A DNA stretch of 64,000 nucleotides, from the NCBI GenBank assembly GCA_964187785.1, contig CAXLNC010001113.1, forward strand, positions 1 through 64,000. The letters run 5' to 3'. Shown one piece after another: positions 56,349 to 64,000 of the stretch (positions within the stretch are counted from its first letter, which is position 1; every line of letters starts with the position of its first letter). The position numbers were made by a program, and so were the translations under genes. The stretch comes from Amphiscolops sp. MND2022 (lineage: Eukaryota). The notes beneath the pieces are model-generated. The model did not search any database, was not told the origin of the DNA, and saw nothing but the letters and a program-made list of their open reading frames with translations.

Positions 56349-56710
56349 GCTGCCAGTCTCGCGGTAGTTGCATGTTTACCTTTGCTTTGCTGAATGAGTA
56401 GATGTCATCTTCTCATGTTGTTGTTTCTCTCATACGTCTGTCAGATCTGGCCCTCAGGTGATCGAACTTGTGTCAACCATGCTCTTAGGTACAAATTCTC
56501 CAGCCTTAATTCGACAAAGAAGTCCGGCGTTTCCTTGGCCAAAGTCAGCTAAAAATCGACCAAGATCGGCGAAATTCGGCTAAAAAACGGCGAAAAATGG
56601 TTAAAATTGGCCAAACAATTGGGTGCCAAACAGGGAGGTTTTCGTTTCACAGTGAAGGTCCTGAGAATTAGCACAGAAATGCTCGTTGTTCACATGCATG
56701 ATTGTCTCAG
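56349..56710 (+). other. Predicted GC-AG intron
   Basis: CAG|GC donor and CAG|G acceptor join kinase subdomain I to subdomain II in frame. Confidence 0.7.
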
Positions 56711-59246
56711 GACTCTGGCGCTTCCGGTGAGCCCAGGTTCCATGCAATCAAGATTGCGAGCGACTCACAGAAAGCATTAAATAGTTTTGCGGTCGAGGCA
56801 GTTGCAGCCTCTCAAGTGCGAGACATGGCTCAGCAGGTCAGCCATTGGCACGGTAGGGCTTTCTTACCATTGGTGCACGGAGTGGGCATTGGTGGTGTCA
56901 CTAAGACATCTTCCTCCCCTGCAGTGGTGCAGAATCTTGCCATGCTGGTCATGCAACTTGCTGATGGAACCCTGAAGGACAGAAACTTTGAAGGAGGGGC
57001 ACTGGAGATGGTATCATGGGCCTTGGCAAGCACACTTGCCTTGTTGAATGCTTCCGGCTTTATACATGGAGACTTGAAACCTTCAAACGTATTGTGGCAA
57101 CCGTGCTGTGATACCCAGTCGGAGCATATGTTTCCTGGCCTGGATGGCTGGCCTCTGCTAACTGACTTTGGCAGCGCTCAAGCGTTCAGCACCATGCATC
57201 CAAACAAAAAGGCTTTAGTTGTCAGTGACAAGATCCGAGCTGGCGGCTGGACAGAAGCATATGCAGCCCCAGAAGTTATCATTGAGGGTGGGAAATGGCA
57301 GACCATCAAAAGTGACATGTTCAGCTGGGCGCGGACCATTCAGGCTGTCAGCAAGTACCCCGGAAATTTGCATCCAACATTGCACAACTTGTGCGAGGCA
57401 TGTATGAATGCTGATCCTGAGTTGCGACCAGCAAGCTTTGCAGAGATTGCTGATACCATTGAGAGGGCCAATCCAGCATGCCTTCGGTGGGGCAGGATGT
57501 TGTGGCAGCAACAGCAGGCATACTTCGAATCTGCAACACATGCCCAGAAGCTCTCTGGCAGCTTATGCAGGCAGGGGTTGCAGATCCTTGTTTCCCAGCG
57601 TCAACAGATCTCTGAAGATCACTTAGCAGAGGCTGATGCTGTGGAGCTGCTTGCAAACCAGTATAGTCGAATTGGCGACGACATCGGTGCTACAACTCTT
57701 CTCCAGGAAGCCGTGAAGGTGGATCCACGGAGAGCGACCTCTGTACGCATCTTGACGAACCTTGGGAACGCCTGTGGAAAGCTTGGGGATGCAGCCAAAC
57801 AAAGGTATCTTCTCGAGAGGGCCTTGAAGATCCAAGAGACCTACTTTGGCAAGGACCACTTTGAAGTGGCGACCACTCTGATAAGCCTCGGGAACGCCTG
57901 TGGAAAGCTTGGGGATGCAGCCAAGCAAAGGGATCTTCTCGAGAGGGCCTTGAAGATCCAAGAGGCCTACTTTGGCGAGGACCACTTTGAAGTGGCGACC
58001 ACTCTGACAATTCTCGGCATCGCCTATGGAGATCTTGGGGATGCAGCCCAAAAAAAGGATCTTCTCGAGAGGGCCTTGAAGATCAAAGAAGCTTACTTTG
58101 GCGAGGACCACTTTAAAGTGGCGATCACGCTGGGGAGCCTCGGGAACGCCTATGGAGCTCTTGGGGATGCAGCCAAACAGAGGGATCTTCTCGAGAGGGC
58201 CTTGAAGATCAAAAAAGCTTACTTTGGCGAGGACCACTTTGAAGTGGCGATCACTCTGACAAACCTCGGGAACGCTTGTGGAAAGCTTGGGGATGCAGCC
58301 AAACAAAGGGATCTTCTCGAGAGGGCCTTGAAGGTCCAAGAGGCCTACTTTGGCGAGGACCACTCTGATGTGGCGATCACTCTGGCAAACCTCGGGAACG
58401 CCTATGGAGCTCTTGGTGATGCAGCCAAACAGAGGGATCTTCTCGAGAGGGCCTTGAAGATCCAACAGGCCTACTTTGGAGAGGACCACAAGGAAGTGGC
58501 GATCACTCTGGGGAGCCTCGGGAACGCCTATGGAGCTCTTGGGGATGCAGCCAAACGAAGGGATCTTCTCGAGAGGGCCTTGAAGATCCAAGAGGCCTAC
58601 TTTGGAGAGAACCACTTTGAAGTGGCACTCACTCTAACAAACCTCGGGATCGCCTATGGAGCTCTTGGGGATGCAGCCAAAAAAAAGGATCTTCTCGAGA
58701 GGGCCTTGAAGATCGATGAGGCCTACTTTGGAGAGGACCACAAAGAAGTGGCGATCACTCTGGGGAGCCTCGGGAACGGCCTATGGAGATCTTGGGGACG
58801 CAGCCAAAAAAAAGGATCTTCTCGAGAGGGCCCTGAAGATCAAAGAAGCTTACTTTGGCGAGGACCACTTTAAAGTGGCAATCACTCTGACAAACCTCGG
58901 GAACGCTTGTGGAAAGCTTGGGAATGCAGCCAAACAAAGGCATCTTCTCGAGAGGGCCTTGAAGATCCAAGAGGGCTACTTCGGCGAGGACCACTTTGAA
59001 GTTGCGATCACATTGCATAATCTTGGGGTTGGAGCAAGGCACATCATGGAAGGCCATGAAGCCGCACAAGAGACTTGTGAGAGGGCATTGCAGATCTTTG
59101 TTGAGACTTGCGGTCCCGAGCATCCATATGCTGTGAAGATGCACAGTCATCTCCGAGATGTTCTCCAGAAGTATGAGGCATCTTTGTGTTTGCTTGCACG
59201 GTGTGAGCACGCTCTTTCTTCTGTCCTTTGCTCTTGCCCTTCCTGA
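56711..59246 (+). CDS. Ser/Thr protein kinase fused to a 42-aa TPR repeat array (one frameshift; 3' end uncertain)
   Basis: HAIK, HGDLKPSN, DFG, APE and SDMFSW motifs; ten 126-bp repeats plus one divergent repeat; an extra G at 58778-58779 shifts the frame into ORF 58716-59246. Confidence 0.85.
57752..59012 (+). repeat. Ten tandem 126-bp coding repeats (kinesin-light-chain-type TPR)
   Basis: Consensus LGNAYGALGDAAKQRDLLERALKIQEAYFGEDHFEVAITL. Confidence 0.9.
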
Positions 59247-60175
59247 CCTGTTTGGGTTTTGCTCTACCGTTTGGAGCCTTTTCTGGGAAGACCTCATCTC
59301 AGGACGAAGTGGGAGAATCACAGTGTGTTTGATTCTGGGTGAACATTGGGAGGGAACACGTCCTGTATGTTTCCCCAGAAGTGCAGAGATGGCATTTTGG
59401 GGTCCTTCCGTGTGTTGCCAATTCACTATAGAAACAGGGTTCGAGAGAGATGTCCCCAGATGCTGGCGGTAATGCGGGAGAAATTGCCAGAACAGAGCCA
59501 TTTCACTCATTCACAGTGTCAACGTCTGTCACTATCCCCAAAGCAATGCAGCAATAATGGTGAGATTCAATGAGGCATCGGAAAACCCCAGACATTGGAA
59601 CGATCCCAAAGGGCGCTCTAGAGCTGACAAGGCATAGTGATCAGATGTGTTTTAAGCGCATCCGGTCCCAAAGTGCGGGGTGAATGGCCAGCCGTGGTGA
59701 CCCAAAGAGAGTTTACGTAGTCTAAACTGAGGGAGCTGCAAATGGGGGTTTTTAAGCACGCCAGAGGATGGGTGCACAACCAGGAGTTACACCTCCCCCC
59801 CTCCAGGCCAGCTTAGTGAACGTGGGGCGGCAAAATTCACTAAACCCGCTTTTGGGGGATTTGGATGTTTGCAGAGTAGTTCCAAAATGAAATTTGCTGC
59901 AATTGCCACGAGATCGTGGGCATTGACTATCATTAGTGGTTTTCAGTGTGTGTGTGTCTGTGTAACTATCCGAAATTCTACAATTAAGCTGAATGGTAGT
60001 TGCTCAGTCGTCCCTCACAGCCAAGCTCTACAATGGAGTGGAGTTCAGCTTTCTGGGGCTTAATCATTGTGAATTGAGGCGACAGAGATGGAGATTGCAG
60101 CGCGGTCAAATGCTTTGCAGCTCAAACAGCTGGCACGATTGAGGAGAGGATTCACGTCAGAGGACCTTTGCCAGA

Positions 60176-62366
60176 CTTAGTGGCACAGGGTAGCGCGATC
60201 GGTGTGAGTGTAGCAGCGACACCCCCGTGTAGCGCGATCCGTTTTTGAAAAAAAAAGGGCCTGCGACATCTCGGCGGAGACCCTGCGACACCCCACACTT
60301 TCTGTTTCCTTTTTTATTTACCTTGATGTTTCACACCACCCTAGGTCTAAGTTCTATTTTTAATGTTTTGTGTGGTCTGTGTGATAGAGTTTTGTTGGTG
60401 TGCAAGCATCCATGTTAGGAACTTCAGACAGGGCACACCCACAGGGGTTACACCCCTCAACCACTCTCTCGCTGGGTCCTCTTCAAGCTCTAATGCGGTT
60501 CTTCAGTTCGTTTCCCGGATGCCAGTGCGTTTTTTATTTGCTTGGGGAGGGCAGAACTTCTCCAGCAGTTCATCCCTCCAAATGCCACACTTTGCCAAAC
60601 AGAGGCAAATTGGCCGCGACATTTGATCATATCCTTAACCCCCTCAAAATTTTGGTAGTCATTCGTTCCAGCCTGTCTGTCTGGCTGTGTTTCATGCAGC
60701 GTCTCTGACTTCGGGTGTTGCTTTAGCCCACCTTCCTTTCTTGCCAATTTCCCCCCCCCCCCCAAAAAAAAAAGAACTTCTCCAGCAGTTCAGCCCTCCA
60801 ATGCCACACTTTGCCAAACATTGGAGTTGAAAGGAGCAAGGCCTCTGTCGCATGCGTTGCCCAGAGTTCAATGCAGCAAGTTCCGTCTCACAAACCTAGC
60901 GCTGTAAGGTGGCACTGTTTCCTTTTCCATGTTGTCCCCAGAGTTAGAGAGAGCAAGTTCTGTTTCCAAAACCTTCTAACGCTACAGTGTAGCATTATAA
61001 CTTGATAATTTATAAGGGGCTGGCGCTTGTCCCAAAATGCTCTACCCAGACTTCAAAGGAACAAGTTCCGTCTCCAAAACCTTCTAACGCTACAGTGTAG
61101 CGTTACAAGGGGGTGGCGCTTCTTGTCCCAAAATGCTCTACCCAGACTTCAAAGGAACAAGTTCCGTCTCCAAAACCTTCTAACGCTACAGTGTAGCGGT
61201 ACAAGGGGATGGCGCTTCTTGTCCCAAAATGCTCTACCCAGACTTCAAAGGAGCAATTTCCGTCTCCAAAACCTGCTCACGCTACAGTGTAGCGTTATAA
61301 GGGGGCGGCGCTTCTTGTCCCAAAGTGCTCTACCCAGACTTCAAAGGAACAAGTTCCGTGTCTGAAACTTGCTCACGCTACAGTGTAGCGTTACAAGGGG
61401 CTGGCGCTTCTTGTCCCAAAATGCTCTACCCAGACTTCAAAGGAACAAGTTCTGTCTCCAAAACCTTCTAACGCTACAGTGTAGCGGTATAAGGTGGTGG
61501 CGCTTCTTGTCCCAAAATGCGCTACCCAGACTTAAAAGTAACAAGTTCCGTGTCGCCAAAACCTGCTCACGCTACAGTGTAGAGTTATAAGGGGGCGGCG
61601 CTTCTTGTCCCAAAATGCTCTACCCAGACTTGAAAGGAAGAAGTTCCGTCTCAGAAACCTTCTAACGCTACAGTGTAGCGGTATAAGGTGGTGGCGCTTC
61701 TTGTCTCAAAATGGTCTACCCAGACTTCAAAGGAACAAGTTCCATCTCAGAAACCTTCTAACGCTACAGTGTAGCGGTATAAGGTGGTGGCGCTTCTTGT
61801 CCCAAAATGCGCTACCCAGACTTCAAAGTAACAAGTTCCGTCGCCAAAACCTGCTCACGCTACAGTGTAGCGTTATAAGGCGGTGGCGCTTCTTATCCCA
61901 AAATGCTCTACCCAGACTTCAAAGGAAGAAGTTCCGTCTCAGAAACCTTCTAACGCTACAGTGTAGCGGTACAAGGGGGTGGTGCTTCTTGCGCACCAGC
62001 AGCGCTGTGGAGCGCCACGGTCACGGATTGACACCCTGAGTGTAGCAGTCAGAACATCAAATCATCACAAAAACCCATAACACAAAAAAACCTCTGGAAG
62101 TGCCGGAAGGAGGATGCTGCCATGACAGAGGGACTGGGTCCTGGACCTGGCTTTAGGGTGGGCATGTGATGCCCGGAGTCTGCAAAAGGAAGATGCGCGC
62201 ACATGAGAGCGCGACAGGGAGGGGGCCGAAGGGTGCGACACCATGTTTCAGGGGGGTGTAGCGCGACACACCCGCGACACCTCTGAAACTGCGGAATTTC
62301 AGTGCGACACGTGTAGCGCGACACCGTGTAGCGCGATTGTGTTCTCAGCACGCGTGTGCCACTAAG
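60176..62366. mobile_element. 2.2-kb non-autonomous DNA transposon, CTTAG family, 8-bp TSD (hAT-like)
   Basis: 12-bp perfect TIR CTTAGTGGCACA/TGTGCCACTAAG; identical flanks TTGCCAGA at 60168-60175 and 62367-62374; subterminal TGTAGCG repeats at both ends. Confidence 0.8.
61020..61985. repeat. Tandem array of about ten 96-bp units, each with a palindrome
   Basis: The unit contains CGCTACA-G-TGTAGCG (up to 21 bp, e.g. 61085-61105). Confidence 0.9.
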
Positions 62367-64000
62367 TTGCCAGATGCATGCAGCATATTGTGGCACTTCA
62401 TATACCATTAATTTTTTGTTTTGCTTGAAATGACTTTCGCCAAAGTAATTTCCATAATGGTTGAAGTGATTCATTACGTAAAAATAGATTTCTGGAGTTA
62501 GTTTAAGTCATTCAAGGTCTGATTATTTCCCCCAATGGCGTTGCTTGTGTTGCGTGTTGGGACAGGCAAGTAATTGAGTTGTTTGGGGGCATTGATTTGA
62601 GTAAAGACGGTCAAGATTACTCCAAGAATTGCGTGAAACTATTTTGGGCAAATTAATTACGTAGTAGTATAGGATCCAAAGCACGACCTCGACAAGCACG
62701 ATCTCAACAAGCACGATCTCAACAAAATCATCTTTGTTTGTTCGGAGAACTTCGGTTTCAAAAGATGTCAACTTAAAATTCCAGGTGAATCATTTCCGAT
62801 ATTTGTTATCGCAATTTCAAGATCAAATGTTTGTGAATTAAAGATAATTTCCGTGAGCTACATGCAACACATTCTGGCACTTCATATGTGTAGCCAAGCT
62901 CTGCTCAGCAAGTTCTCTCTGCTCTTGACTCAGTACATCAATTGACCATCCTGCATGCAAATCCACGTGAAGCAGCAAGTGAGCCCGGCCTGTCACAGGA
63001 ACTGCAGCTGCATGGGATTCCCGAACAGCTGCCTGAGCAAGTCATTGGCAAGGAACATGTCGCTTCTCAGACAATGAAAAGAAAGAATAGAGACAGACAA
63101 GTACCAGACCATTTTTAGGCAATTAACAGAGACCATTAACAGAAACTTCCCTGCAATGGCAGATTTTGGTGGTAGCATGGTTCAAGTGAAGTCCCGAGGA
63201 CGGTCCGCACCCAGAACAACCTTGAAAACCCTTTAAGGAGGTTAGGCCGTTTTTCCTAGGCGATAATAGGATTTGGAGTTTTCCCTCTCTTTCTTCCCTT
63301 AGCGATTGCAGCATTTGGAGGTCCTGAATGCTATTCTAGCCTTGCGATCATAGCATTTGGAGCATCTGGGTTCATTGTCCCCAAATACTACTGAAAAATA
63401 GAATCTAATTGAGCACAACTAACACTGCAAATGGTAACACCGCAAGTGAAAATTTAGTTGTTTTTTTTTGTGCTGGGAAATTCTGGCGCAGGGGGTGACC
63501 AAGAACATGGTCGGGAACTGTGTGCTGGTTTTTCATGGATTTTTGCCCGCGCTCAATTTTCACTTGCAGACTTGCAGTGTTACCATTTGCGGTGTTTTAG
63601 TTTTGCCCGATTTAAGGAGTCTAGCCTCCTTACTCTTGCCGTAGCCTATTATCGGGTATTTCTAAACCCGTTGTTTGGGGAACCCGTGCTTTGCACCACG
63701 GATTCCTGTGGTTTTCGTTATTTCAGTGGTTCCCGCGATTTCCGCCTTTCCAGCACTTAACCCTCTTGTTTGTCGCTGTGTTAGAAATGTCCGATTTTCA
63801 TGGGCCGGAAATGACTCACAAAGCCAAAAGTTCACAAGAACACTTCCAAAGAGAACGTTCTTGGGCAAGAAAGATTGGGGAAGTGAAAGTATCTACCTCC
63901 ACCGTAGCGGCTCTCTTCTCGAAAATGGCCTTGACAGGCCAGAGACTAGATATGATCTTGCTTGATGTTCCAGCATTGCCATATCTACCGTAGGGATGGA

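Noticed and set aside
57623-58615. 330-aa antisense ORF over the TPR array
   Set aside because: Shadow frame of the 126-bp coding repeat.
61020-61985. CRISPR-like array of palindromic repeats
   Set aside because: Whole 96-bp units are repeated; there are no unique spacers and no cas genes.
61027-62039. ORFs encoding a 32-aa repeat protein
   Set aside because: Frames break between units (1-nt indels, stops), there is no convincing start and no known motif; best explained as a by-product of a 96-bp unit.
63638-63646. GCCGTAGCC matching the 5' half of the spliced leader
   Set aside because: Only 9 nt, lacks the TTTTGGCTCAAG part, and no gene start follows.

Overview
Repeat-dominated eukaryotic DNA with four assembly gaps. 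A dinoflagellate (Symbiodiniaceae-like) origin is inferred from a GC-AG intron and spliced-leader-like motifs; it is not proven. The window holds: (i) a young 12.7-kb Ty1/copia LTR retrotransposon (32631-45365, minus) with a near-intact giant Gag-Pol, a half-tRNA(iMet) primer-binding site and a large extra 3' ORF with zinc knuckles; (ii) two complete copies (3219-10662 plus; 47030-54347 minus) and one fragment (45366-46587) of an AGCT-saturated non-autonomous copia-derived LTR family, which keeps a protease and a catalytically dead RT/RNase H, lacks integrase, and carries a long pentapeptide-repeat ORF; (iii) a decayed copia IN-RT fragment (about 30450-32120); (iv) a protein kinase gene with ten near-identical 42-aa TPR repeats (about 56247-59246); (v) many non-autonomous DNA elements, including a CTTAG...CTAAG family with 8-bp target-site duplications, one 2.2-kb member of which contains a 96-bp palindromic tandem array. 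The most unusual signal is a motif matching the 3' end of the dinoflagellate spliced leader, found at almost the same position (ending 79-83 nt from the 5' end) in all three LTR types. No rRNA, tRNA or CRISPR was found.
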